A stretch of DNA of 62,949 nucleotides, the filler included, from Welwitschia mirabilis (taxonomy: Eukaryota), in the NCBI GenBank assembly GCA_051453625.1. It is 5 parts of one record of this genome, joined end to end, with 100 filler letters (N's around TTAATTAATTAA, not from the genome) between each part and the next. Parts side by side here need not be neighbours in the genome. Positions count along the whole stretch, not along the records: positions 22,814 to 43,487 come from JBOZIK010000001.1; 4 more parts are not named here. One strand, given 5' to 3'. A program made the translations under genes and the position numbers. Position 1 is the stretch's first letter, and each line of letters starts with the position of its first letter. The notes under the pieces are model-generated. The model worked only from the letters and a program-made list of their open reading frames with translations. It did not search any database and had not been told where the DNA came from. Positions 26,001 through 38,989 of the stretch are shown here, in pieces.

Positions 26001-29000
26001 GAAATTAAAGATAACTTGTTAGAGAATGTCATTAAGATTTATAATGACCTTAGAGGGAAGTAGGATTGCTTGCCTTTTACTACTTTATTTGACATCTGCG
26101 TAGGCGAATGAAAAGCATGGATGTAAAAGATGCCCATGAAACATATGGTTAAAATAGGTAGTTTATTATTAATCTCCTTCTCTATAATGATGGTCCAAGC
26201 TAGATATGAAGATAATTGTTAAAGAAACTAAGGTTTTTTTGTGGTAATTGAATTGATTATGAGTTCAAGATATGTAACAGGTAAGTTAAAATAGTTACTT
26301 TTCATAAATATTTGAGTCTCCACTGCTTAAATTAAAAGTGAGATATATGTATCTAAAAAGGAATTATAGTAGGTAAAAATATTTATAGGGATGTGGGCTT
26401 AGAAAGTAAGGAAATAATTATTTTTAAGAACTATTCAGCTAATAATACTTTAGGACTACGTTGTACTAGGATTCACAGATAAATGATAAAGCAACTTCAA
26501 ATAGTTGAAAAGCATTTTCTAACTTCTAAATTTTTAGGAAAGTCCTAACCTCTTTATTATATTTTACTATTGAAATCAAATATTCTTCTATTGTAAGCTA
26601 AATCAATTTGTCAGTCTATTACATATGTGTAAGAACAAAAAATACTCTAATTATGAAACTTTCAAAAATATTCTTGGTACATACCTAATGTAAAGGATGG
26701 TTTTATGTAGGAAAGGAAAGGATGAAACAATGGAATATCAAGTTAGAGGATTCATACTATGTTGTAAAGAAGATTTGTAACATGATTAAAAATAAACCGC
26801 TTTAGAATATTTAATCAAATGTAGAAGGTAAAAAGAAATTTTATCTTAAATAGATTCATGGAGGACACCTCTATCAAGGTCCATATTACTGAAGTTTTAA
26901 AATGGAATTACAAGCCTTCTTAAGAAGGTGTGACTGAGTTCTCATTGTTTCCATATAAAAACAAATAGACAAATTAACATTTATTAGAATCCTAAACTAA
27001 TAGACTTTGCTATTAAGTTTGATTAAAGATAAAAAAAATGTTTTATTTAGTTGTTTTCTCATTGGATTTTAAGATGTAAATGGGAAATTGAAGTATCCAC
27101 ATTAGATTATCTATTTTAATTACCTATTGTTACTTTAAGACATTTCATTAAATCTGCCCTAGAAATTTTTGACATGTACATAAATCTTGTCTAGTAGATC
27201 TTATGAATCTCTTTTAGGACATGATGAAAGATCAATTTCAGTTTCATTGTTAATGTTAAACTCTTTTTATGTAGTTTACTATTTTTTCTTGCAACTCTTA
27301 TGGATACTTAAAGCATCCGTATTTTTAGCGTAATGTTATTTAAATCTAAGTTACTTGGAATAGTTAATTTGTTTTAATTACATAAAACACAAAATCTATT
27401 AATCTTAAACAAACATTTTGAGTAAATTACGAGGTCATAAAAAACATTACTCTTGAATTAATAATTAGAATAAATTTCTTGAAGTAGAAAAACATAATGC
27501 TTAATTTTAGTAGACAATTTTTTAATTCAAGAGTGGTTTTTGGTTCTCATCCCATTGCTAATCAAAGCTAATAGTTCCTTTGGGATATTAACCATCATTT
27601 CCTTTTTTAACTTAGAAACAATGTCGTAATCTAGTTTTTCATCATCTATGGTCTTCTACTCCCTTTTTCACTATTAGAGAGCATAATATTGTTGTGTGAT
27701 ATGTTTATTTTAAAATTCATCATCAAGAAACACATGTTTTATTAATATCGATCATCTCCTCAATCTTATATCTCACTAGTCAACATGCCCACATAATTTT
27801 CTACAATCAGCCTATATATCTTTGAAGATTTGTTTTTTATTTTGCTAGTTTCACTTAGTAGCTTTTCCTTCTGTTCAATATGATTTTTTACTCATGATAA
27901 TTTTTAATACAATGCTTGTTTAGGGTTGGTTATGCCTCCTTATTCTAAATAATAAGTATAGTTAGTGATATTTTGTTATGAATAGGAACATATTTCTATC
28001 TTTTATTGAAAGACTTTTTTAAGAATTGAACTCACAACCACAAAGTTAGATAAGCATTGCTCAACTATAAGGATGTCTCCAAGAAGACATTATTAGGAAT
28101 ATATTAATAATTGATAACTTATAGAGATGTCATTACAATTTAAAGTAAATTGGATTAAATAAAATTACAAATTGACATTCTAGTTTATTATGTTGTGTTA
28201 AATTAGTATAAAAACAATAAGTTTAAGAAATTATAAAAGCTTACTTAATAAAAGCGAAAATCAAATCTTAAATAGTAATAAGTCATTGAGGATTACAAAC
28301 ATTAGCAATCAACATCTAATATTTCATATCTAAAGATCTTTTTTTTCGCGGGGAGGAGGAGGTGTGTGTGGAGATGGAGGTTGTCAAAACTTGAATAAAT
28401 AGATTTTTGTTATTAAAAATAATTAAAATTAGAACACAAGGAATGGCAAATGACTACAGAATAGGAAAAAAGGAACAAGAGGTAAAAGTTAGAAGGAGAG
28501 ATAACAAATGAAAAGAAACTAAACAATCAATCACTAAAGGATGAGAATTTAAGAATGTAGCTAGAGAGATAAACACCTATAGGATAGTGAATGATCATCT
28601 ATCCACTGCACTAAAACTTACACTAGGTAATTAACTTTTGAATGAGCTTGCTCAGGATCCAATTTAATTTGAAAGATAACTTGATGAATAATATAAACCT
28701 TTTCAACATAAGAAAAATTATAATAAGCATCCTCTTCACAGAATGTAATTCCATAATGTTGTTTTCATATTTGATATAGTGCAATAAGACACGTGCACTT
28801 CAATAGAAAGAGTAAAGGAGGATATAGATAAGGCTCACCTTCGAAAAAATGTCTTTCCAATTTGGTTTAAAACCTTACCAAGCTCAAGACATCCATAACC
28901 AAACAAAAATTAACTGTACTCATAAAAATTGTGATAAAAACTCTCATCTAGATCAAAAGAAGGATAGATTACTTCAAAAATTCCTAGGTGAAGTACGTGA

Positions 29001-30786
29001 GATGATTTATTGCCCCACTTCCCCCACCTCCCCTGCCTCTTCACAAATTTTTTTTAAAAGGATGACTGATATGATTTTAAAACTTAAAAATAGCATTATA
29101 TAATTTGTATCAAATTAACACAATAGAGTTTTTAAAGATCAATTAACATAAAAGATCATTAAAAAAAAGTAAAGCATAGACATTTTATGTTCACGATGAT
29201 TACAATCGTAACACTTGACATGGAAAGTGTTATTCCTATAGAAATATTGTAGTTAGACTAATTGAACTTAATAACAAAAACCATTAGAAAAGCAGTAATA
29301 TTAATGCTCAATAATATAACTCCATACATTATGTAGAAAAACCTTAGGTACATAGTCACTATCCATATAGAATTCTTTGTTATTAAATGCCAAAGAATGA
29401 CATAAAAAAGTGAGAGGGTGTCAAACTTGAAACTTTAGTGATCATAGCTTCTTCTCTGGAATACAACCATAATGATCTACTGGTTGGCTCTGCTTGTCCC
29501 TGCTACTACTCCCCCTATGCACTAACTCATGTGCCTATATGGCTTAGCCTCATGGCTGCTCACTATGGTAGTAGCCATCCCGGTCTATCCAAACACGATA
29601 TCTGTAATTGGATCTGGGTCGTTAAAATGAAAGATTTAATTACTCTCAAGGCCTCATGCTATGCTAAGTAGGTCATCTAAAAGTTGAAACTCATTGCTTT
29701 CTAAGTGGAGAATGACTGTCCCACTAGATGGACTACCATCCTATTAGTAACGACTCCTAATATATACACATTAAATAAGTGCAAAAAATATAAATAACAA
29801 AAATCTATTACATTATTCTTTTAAGATAATGTAAGGAGATGATACTACTTAAATATCTATGTGTGTTGAAGAACTCAATACTAGTTAGCGATTAATGCAA
29901 CTTAGTGAACGAATTGATATAGAAACTTAAGAAACTTATAATAAGAGGCTTTTAGATCTTCAACACCAACATCCAAAAAGAAGGATATGTAGATCATCTG
30001 CCACTAGAATAAAACAACTAAAATTTATGATGATAATTTACACAGTGTCCTTCCTTGCATTTTTTTGTGGCAATGGTGGTTGCCATGGTTAAGATTGTGG
30101 GTGGGGTAAAGCTTATGCAAAACCTCTTCATATCATGTATTTAGAGAGATGGGATAATTATCAGGTTCCTTCTTTTGAAATACCTGGGATGACTAGGATA
30201 ACTAGTTCTTGTTGCCTTAAGAGTGGCTTATTTCACCTCTCATGACATTATGGTATTGTAGTCTTCATTACCAAAGCTACATTTTACCTCTCAACCTCTC
30301 AAAAATATAACACTCGCCACCATTTGAGATCTTGCTCTGAGTAGCAAAACTGAAATAACCTCAGTTGTGATCTCCATGCATCTATAAAACTCCTATTAAA
30401 TGTTTTTTAAAAAAATACAAATTTCAATAAACTAATCTACTTACTTATTAAGTAATAAATATAAATTAAAAAGTTTATGTTTATATAAAAAATTACGTTG
30501 AGATATTTAAGAAGTTTATTTAAACGAAGTATAAAAAACTTCATTTTGAAGAAGTACAACAAGCTTTAAATACATAGATAGAATGTTACAAAGAACTCTG
30601 AAACTCAATCCCTTGCATTACTCGATTTAAGAGTTTTAGGAATAATTTTGAAACTGAACATGAAGAGTTAGACTTCCATTTTGTTTCATACTTTTCATAA
30701 TGCAAACTCCTGGGCTGTAACATTTTTCCATAACCTCAAACGGCATACGACTTGAATAACAACCCGCCTTTTTTCTAAGGCGTCGA

Positions 30787-30828
30787 CACGTGAATCGACT
30801 GAGAGCACGGTGGAGCGTTCCCGGCAAA
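30787..30828 (+). promoter_or_regulatory. Putative NSE1 proximal promoter motifs: G-box and E2F-like site
   Basis: CACGTG at 30787-30792 and TTCCCGGCAAA at 30818-30828 (minus strand TTTGCCGG fits WTTSSCSS). Both lie in a local CpG-retaining island upstream of the ATG. Confidence 0.4.
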
Positions 30829-30950
30829 CTTAGAATTTGAGATACAGCGCTCCAGACGTCAGGGGTGCTTTGGGAAGAGCCCATTGGTTTGAGTAGAGAG
30901 CATCGCTATGCAAAACCAGTGAAGTAAATCTCTTCAAATTGGAGTGGAAG

Positions 30951-31065
30951 ATGTCGAGGTTGGATGCAAGGCACCATACGCTAATCCAGGCGCTTCTGAA
31001 CCGCGGGCCGTTGCACGAGAAGGAGGTCAACTTGCTTTTCAAATCAGTATGTGGAAATCCAACGG
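30951..31065 (+). CDS. NSE1: NSE1 (SMC5/6 complex subunit), coding exon 1
   Basis: MSRLDARHHTLIQALLNRGPLHEKEVNLLFKSVCGNPT matches the plant NSE1 N-terminus (HHTLIQAL.SRGPL.EKE). Donor G|GTAAG, phase 1. Confidence 0.93.
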
Positions 31066-31151
31066 GTAAGATTCTGAAAACACTTAAGCAAGTTGCAGGC
31101 CATGGAAGTGTCCTTTTGCTGTCGGAATTTCAGTTTTTGCAACTTCGTCAG

Positions 31152-31348
31152 GTGCGCGGGAAAGGGATTTTCATGAATATATAGGAAATATCAACCGGGA
31201 GCTTGATTTCTTGCATCTGGAAGCCCGAGCAAGCAGAAATCAATACGACGGCGAAGTTTTTTATGCCATTGTCAATAAAGTGGCCGATGAATATTCCAAA
31301 TTCGGAACCCAGCTTTCTCCTGCCCAAATTGCCTTTTTCAAGGCCGTG
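31152..31348 (+). CDS. NSE1: NSE1 coding exon 2
   Basis: CAG acceptor. Reads (G)ARERDFHEYIGNINRELDFLHLEARASRNQYDGEVFYAIVNKVADEYSKFGTQLSPAQIAFFKAV. Donor GTAAGC, phases consistent. Confidence 0.93.
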
Positions 31349-34300
31349 GTAAGCATGAAATTTTCAAACTTTTCTGGTTTACTCCTACTAATTTGCGGAC
31401 ATTCTGTTTGGAATTGCCTTTATGATCGTCCCGTAAGTTCTGACCAGGAACTTAAATAATTTTGTTGTTCACATTAGATAGTTTTGTCTTTGAAGTAAAT
31501 TCTCTTTTTTACGTCTTTGAAGTAAATTCCCTTACTCCTTAATCTCTCAGTAGCTATAGAAATTATTTTTCGTTTACCCTAAGTGTTTCTCGGAGGATTT
31601 GAGTAGTTTTTGCTTTGCCTGTAAAAGTACAGTCCTGGACATTTTGGTCCTTTATCATTCTTAGTCCAGGCAATGCTTGGGTAAGCTATTATTTCAAAAC
31701 TTTTACCAATATTTAGTGTTGCTGTCCAATAATCCATCACCTAAGTATGGTACTAAAGTAGTGTTAGCCAGCAGTCACCTAACTGTTGCGAAGAGGCCTC
31801 TTTAGGAGGTGAAATAAGGGAATTGTCAATCATTCTAAATGTTCTTGCACCTTCCTCATCTCATAAGACTAACACACCTACACATTTCTTGCAAATCTAT
31901 GTCTTCTATCTTATACCAATAACTTTGTAGGCATCATTAAAGTCGGTGGTTGCAATATGATATTTCATCTGTCTTTTAGGGTGCCTATCTGAAGGAATAA
32001 AATCACGATTTTGTGTATTCAGTTATCACCATTTACCCTTTGATTATTTCTAAAAATGTGCACAGTTATCAATATCACATTTGCTTTACTTTGGTTCTTA
32101 CACAAACCAGTTAAAATTTGGTTATGTTTGCTCATGGGCTTGTTTCAAACAGTACAGTGTCATCTCCAATTTACAACCAAGGCTCAGATTTGAATTTGCG
32201 AATGCTTTTTCATTGCTGCATGCAAATTCTTTTTGCAAATCTCTGTGTAAGGAAGTGCTTTCAATGTCTGACTGCTGAAGTCCAAGATTGAAAGATGCAA
32301 TTAAAACAAGCATAAGTCTGATGGAGGAATGCTTCATAAGAAGGGTGAAATTTTAGTGAATTTCACACTTGGCTTCTTTGCAAATCTGTTACAAACCTTG
32401 CCTTCTAATACACATCTCCATTAAATCTTTTTTTACTTTTCTCTTTTTCTTTTTTAGCCTAAAGAACCATTTGTTATAATGGGCATCTTTTTAGTTAGGA
32501 ATGGTACCCAAATCCCAATTCTTGATCTTCAAGAGAAACTTCATCACTTCATTGTGGTTGCCTTATAATCCTTTGGGTCTTCATTAATGTATAGTTTTAT
32601 GTACAGACCTAGGTTCATTATTACTAATTAGATGTCTGCTAGGCATTTTGGAGTGTCCCACTTAATGAAAAGGTGTTTTTGCATGTAGTTGAATTAGAGT
32701 TTGAGGTTTCATGTGTTCATGCTTAGGAAACTCAAGTAGGATATCCTTTTATGAACTACTTGTTCAAGTGGATCTTCAATCTCTTTGTGATCTAGGAAAT
32801 CAATAGGCTTTTGCCATATGCCAGGCTTAATTGCTTCCTTGAATTAAGTAATTTGTTTCTTCTTTAACAATCACATCCCATAATCTGACTTTCTTCTAAG
32901 TTTTCTATAAGCTATATCTGGTCATATCTAAGAAACACACAAAGTTCAATAATTTCCAACTTGAACTTTTTACATATGCCTCACATCCAGACATTTTGAG
33001 ATGTGAGTGTGACATTGAACTTCCGTTTCAAACTAAATATAGCACTTCACCATCCAAAGTCAAATCCTATGTCTCCATAAGTATGTTAACTATAGTGATT
33101 GTTATCTTTCCTTAAAAATTCGTGGACATAGATGATTCAAATATTGGAGTTTGAGTTCTTTCCTGTACTATTCTAATATGTCTTTCTGCAATTTTGTTTT
33201 GTTGTTCAGTGCCATGAACAATTTTCTTCAGTAATGCTTAAACTTTCTTGTAGAGTTGCTTGAACTTTTGGGAACAATATTTTCTTTCATTGTTTGTATT
33301 AGGTGGTTGACCTTCTTTCTACACGTGTTTTCAACATGGCCCTGAGCATCTTATAATTTTTAAAATTCTAATCATTATCATTCAAGGGATTAAGAAATAT
33401 TTTGCTATTCTAGCTTTAATGATGGGAAGAAAATAATTTACATCCCTTAAAGACACAAGGGAAACTATATTGACAAGTTGTGAGTGCACAATATGCTTCA
33501 ACACTTTTCAGGAGCATTCCTCTTGAAATTCACATATTTATTTTTGCCAACAGCACAAGAAATCAAGCTGCTAAAAACCCTTGATGTAATACCTTTAAGC
33601 TTCCTTGACTAATATATTCAATTCTTTTGTGGCAAAATAAAGAATCTACCTCCTAACTGATTGATGCAAGGCCAACAGAAGTAGCCCTCAAATAGTACAT
33701 GGAACCTTCCTTGGTTTCTTTAACATGGATGATGATACCCTTGCTAATTTCCATTTACCAACAAAAATAACAATTTTCGTCTGGTTGGCTTTTAGAAATG
33801 AGTTTTTTTTTTTTTTTTTTCAAAAGATAAAACACAATGGATATTTGTTAAGGTGAGTGACTAACAATTTAAACATATACACCTTAAATATCCAATTTGA
33901 TGAATCTTGTATGCAGCATCATCATCCAAGTATATCACTTCCTCAGGGATGTCTATATATTCGTGTTAGGACCGACATTGAATGATGCCTCTAAATCAAG
34001 TATTCGTTACGGAAGATATGGAATAAGGAAAAATAGATTAACTTGCATACTTGCATCATGTGCAACTAGCCTAACTCTATCCTCATGTCCGCATTTGATC
34101 GATGTACATTAGCCTCTTGCTTATCACTTCATTTGTTTTTGATTCCATTTGACCTAAGTGGTTCCTTGAACTCTAGTGTCTTGTTTTCCTTAGAAGTGGT
34201 AAAGCATGTGATGTTTGGTTGTTAGCTAGCTAGGTAGGTATGGACAAAGGGTGCATAGCTGCAAGATATGCTCTTAGATTACTGAGGGACAAGAGAGTCT

Positions 34301-37174
34301 AATCAAAAGGAGAGTAATTCTTAAAATCATAGGAAGCCTATCAAATAGATCCTATTTGTAGTTCAAAGACAACAGAATGAAGATATTGTGATTATTTTCA
34401 TAAAAGTAATCAATCTTGTACTAACATATGTTCAAGACCAAGACTTGGGAAACAGATGCTAGAGAAATTAGAACCACTTCGTCAATTTTCTAGTATTACA
34501 CGTTGCAAAAGTGGTTTGTAGCAGGAGTCCTACCATGATACTGGATGTTGTTTATCATGTCCTATCTTAGCCTAGAATTACAAAATGTATAAACAAAATG
34601 TATGGAATCCACAGAGCCATCTATTATAGAGAAATCCAGAAACGATAAAATGTACCAAAACTGTGCTTTCGTATTGTCCTACTGCTCATGATCAGTCTTG
34701 AGTATGAAACACATAGTCTATGAATTTAAGGAGGTGTATTAGAATAGTAAGACGATTTTAATAAACTTGTTCATCCTCGCAAAATGATGTTTTATGAAAC
34801 TAATTTTCTTTTTTATATTTGCTGTTTTGCTCTCTTTTCAATTTAATGAAGTATTGGTTCTTTAACAATGTTCCCAATTTGTGTACCAAGTGTTCTTCTT
34901 ATGATGCTGCCTCTTGGAGTGACACAAAGAGGATTTGAAAACATACAAAAATATCTTGTACTCCATTCTTCCTATGGCTTGCTAGCAATGATAAGTTGTA
35001 TGAGGGTAGAGGATTTTGTTGGCTTCCTTTTTGGACAGCCTTATAACACCTGGGGCCTTTGAGAGAAAAGGGGGATGATAATAATATGACAGAGGTTTGG
35101 TTATGCAAGTTCCTTGCCTCATAATTGTTGATGTAAGAACTCAGGTTGCAACAAACTTCAGCAACACGCCTTGGGAAGAGGATGTTTAGTAGGTTCAGAA
35201 GCTTAGGGTGCTTTCACTTTGGCATGAAAAAGCCATGGAACTAGCTTAGCTGGCATTCAAGATGTGGTGTGTTAGCATAAAAGATTTGTTTATATGTGTG
35301 CTTTGTGACCAGAGCTAGAGAGAGAATAAAAAACAGAGAGAGCACAAAAGATCAAGGAAATAGGGTAACAGTATGCAAAGTAAAGATCATTCAAATAGAA
35401 GTTATTTTTGATGAATGATTGCTTCTGCAATATGTTGCATGTTTAGAAGTCACTGTTTGATGGACATGAATGAGATTTCACTCTCAAGCCTTAATGTATG
35501 GGTGATCTACTAAAGTGCTTATTCTAATTTCATCTTATCATTAATTATGAGTGGTGAAATTGTTAATGAGTTTCATTGTTAAAGAAATCTCATAAACTCA
35601 TAATAATGAAGGCACTTTAAATGGCAGAAAATAATTCATTTGTTTAAGAAATGAATTGGAATTTACATGAAATAGGTCAACCTCTCAGTATCATGTAATT
35701 AAAGTGGGGTATTTGCATTCATTGCTTCTGAGGCTAAAGTTGTTCCATTCAAAACAAAAATATGATATTATGATGGGAGCTTGAACTTCTTTGAGGCATT
35801 CGAATATGACAAAATTCTTTTGCATGAAAATATAAGAGTACAAGAAGAGGAACTACACAAACTTTTGAAACTTAATTTATATTGCAATTTAAATTGACAG
35901 AAACCCTCACATTTTCCTTTTAGAGAACTTTATCATTCATTGTAACTATGAATCCACTTTGGCAGTTGTGCTAATCAGCACCAAACTTCAAACTAAGAAA
36001 TGAAAAGAGGTGTTGCCTTTCTATAAAAGTAAAACTGAAAGCTTCTGCTTAGCAAGATTAAGCTTTTGGAACATGTCTTAAAAAACATTGTATGGTATTA
36101 AGTCAAGGAAAAACCTTTTTTGTTTTAAGATCTTAAAATTTTCTGAAATTAGTGACAAAACCCATTTAATTTCTAGATTTCAGTCAGATTTGCGGATTGT
36201 AAAGGGAAACAGAAAACCTTTTAAAGACCAAATAACAGTTTCAAGAAATCAATCAAATAGGAAACAACAGAAAACCTGTATTGAAGAAGCTTCTGAGACT
36301 AAAAGGAGGCTTGAAGGCTTAAATCCCAGTAGGAGAGAGCCGATAGTATAATTTCAAATAATTATATGTGGAAATTGAAAGCTTAGAAAAATTAAAAAAA
36401 TGTAATAACAACAAGGGAACCTGACATAAATGAGGTTGAAGAGGGACTTCTGAAAGTTCTTTGCAGGCCATGAAGAGGCAACTCAAAAAGCAACATGTGG
36501 AATCAGGGGATGGGCCATAACTTGCGAGTGCACACTAGGGAACTTTGAAGCAAAAAGAACTTAGTCTTAGAGGCATAAGGGGACATGTCCAAACCATATT
36601 GAATATTAGTGGCAAGGGTGAAATGGAGCTCACTTTTAGAGGATTAAATGCAAGCTTGTGACATAGGAAAGAAAATGCTTCAAATATTCATTGGGTGAAA
36701 AAAACATGCTAGTTATTATGAAGCCAAACTTTCTATTTCCCGTTTTATGTTAAAAGTGTTGATAGTGAAGCCAAATTTGTTATTTAATGTTGTGATGTTA
36801 TGTTTTAATGTTGGCTGTTTTGTAATGTTGTAAAAGGAGAATATGTTATTAACTCCTTTGGGTGATTTCTTTTCTTTTCTTTTTTTTTTTTTTACAAATA
36901 TGGATAGGGGGGTGGGGGTGTAATTTGAGTTTGTTTGAAAACCCAAACCCAAAAACGATTTAAAGGTTGCTTAAGGGGTTTGTAACTCGATACATTTTGC
37001 TCCTGGAAGAAGATTAAGAGCTCTGTTAGCTTCCCATGTTTTCCCTCCAAGGGTTTCCACGTAAATTCTCTCTGTGTGTGTTATCTTTCGCTTGCTGTTT
37101 CGATTTCTTTAGCACTAATTTACGGTTGAAATTTGTAACAATTGGTCTCAAAGGGAGATTTGAATTGCTGGCAT

Positions 37175-37500
37175 GTGGTATTGTATACCGCCACACTGAG
37201 GGTCATTAGAAGGAAATTTAAAGAGTGCACTAGTGTAAGGCATGTGTTGCAGAGTTATGGGGTTTGGTGGGAACTTGAGCATTTGATGGTGGAAAGCTCC
37301 CACTGTTTGTCAAAAGTGTTCATCAAGCGTTGGTATATTGGGGGTGCAGAGGAGCTCCTAGGGCTATATGAGGAAGGAAGACGTGCAACGCTCCTTGAGG
37401 GAATTCCCATTGGTGTTGTAGGGAGGGTTTGTGATGTTGCAGGGAATTCCCACTAGTTTTAGGTGCACTAAATGCAACAAAACTGTTAAATGTGTTTGTG
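37175..37500 (+). pseudogene. 4CxxC-type glutaredoxin-like gene fragment (left arm)
   Basis: VVLYTATLRVIRRKFKECTSVRHVLQSYGV...KVFIKRWYIGGAEELLGLYEEGR...LLEGIP...VCD, then RCTKCNK in another frame. Matches the plant GRX-like domain plus Cys-rich tail. Confidence 0.85.
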
Positions 37501-38619
37501 GAGAGAGAGTTTTCTATCCATGTGATGGTTTTTCATTGTATAAGGGTTTTATATGTCAAAATTTCTTAATTAACTAAGGAATAAAACTATTATACAGGAA
37601 AACAAGTAATTCGGAAAGCATTTCTTTATGTTTTGGCGTACCTCTTGATCTCGTGTACTTCACTCTGTTTTTAACTATTTGAATTTCATTAAATTCATAT
37701 TTATGAAAGCGATTTTGAAATAAGGGTTACTATGACATGTCCCAAATTGGAACATGGTAGGTAACAATATGCATACACAATATATTAATTGTTATTCATT
37801 TGCACATGGTTTTTTTGTTATGATAATTAACTAATTAATTTTGGCCGAGAGGCTAATCTAGAGCTATTGATTTGTGTGGGATTGGAGAAGCATAACACAA
37901 CCCTTCACCTTTCCAAATTTGTCTTTACAAGGACCATTAAAATTTAATAAAGTAAAAAAATAAAGAATGCAAATTTTTTTTAAAAAAACACAGATGCCCA
38001 GAGAAAACTTCTAGGCACTTACATGACAAAACAAGCATTAGGATTAACCTTGTTTACACCTTGCTGTTCAGTGATGAGAATCCTAATGCTTGTTTTCTCC
38101 TGTAGCTGCTTGGAAGTTTTCTCTGGGCCTTAGTAAACTTTTTAAAGTTTCTTTATATTCTTTATTTTTCATTTTATTAAACTTTAATAGGCCAGGTAAA
38201 GACAAAATCGGGAAGGTAAAGGGTCGTGTTATGCTTCTCACGTCCCAGGCAAATCAGTAGCTTGGGATTGGCCTCTTGGCCAGAATTATTTAGTTAATTG
38301 TAATAACAAAGAAGCTACAAGCAAATTATTAACATATTGCTTATGCATATTGTTAATTGCCATGTTCTAGTTTGAGAAATGTCATGGTAACCCTCTTGTT
38401 CCAACTTCCTTTCACAAATATGAATTTAATGTAATTCAAATAGTAAAGAATAGAGCGAAGTACACATGATTGAGAGGTATGTCTAAGCATGAAGAAATGA
38501 CTTTCCTAATGACTTATTTTCCCACAAAATAATTTTATTCCTTAATTAATTAAAAGAAATTTTTACAAACCAAACCCTTGTATAATGAAAAACCATCACA
38601 TGGACAAAAAATTATTAGT

Positions 38620-38989
38620 CTCTCCACAAAGACATTGAACATTTTTGGTGCATTCAGGGTACCTAAAAGTACTGGGAATTCCCTGCAACATCACAAACCC
38701 TCCTTGTAACATCAGTGCGAATTCCTTCAAGAAGCTTCACAAGTCTTCCCTATTCATGAAGCTGTAGAAGCTCCTTTGTGCTGGCAATAAACCAACCCTT
38801 GATGAACACTTTTGACACACTACGGGGCCCTTCCACCATCAGTTGCTCAAGCTCCCACCTGAATGCCTGATGCTTTGGTACATCTCTTTCACTCACCCAA
38901 ATCCCATAACTCTCCAAGACATGCCTTACATTGTCGTACTCTTTAAATGTCCTTCTGATGACCCTTAGTGTGGTGGTATACAATACCAC
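38620..38989 (-). pseudogene. 4CxxC-type glutaredoxin-like gene fragment (right arm)
   Basis: VVLYTTTLRVIRRTFKEYDNVRHVLESYGIWVSERDVPKHQAFRWELEQLM...KVFIKGWFIASTKELLQLHE*GRLVKLLEGI, then RYPECTKN, resembling RCPECNEN. Confidence 0.87.

Noticed and set aside
25290-29000. Faint LINE-like coding traces (also near 33500-33760 and 44300-44520)
   Set aside because: Too decayed to assign domains or boundaries reliably by eye.
37142-37456. 104-aa ORF as a functional glutaredoxin
   Set aside because: It starts in the PBS at a non-ATG codon, lacks the ERDV segment and has a frameshifted Cys tail.
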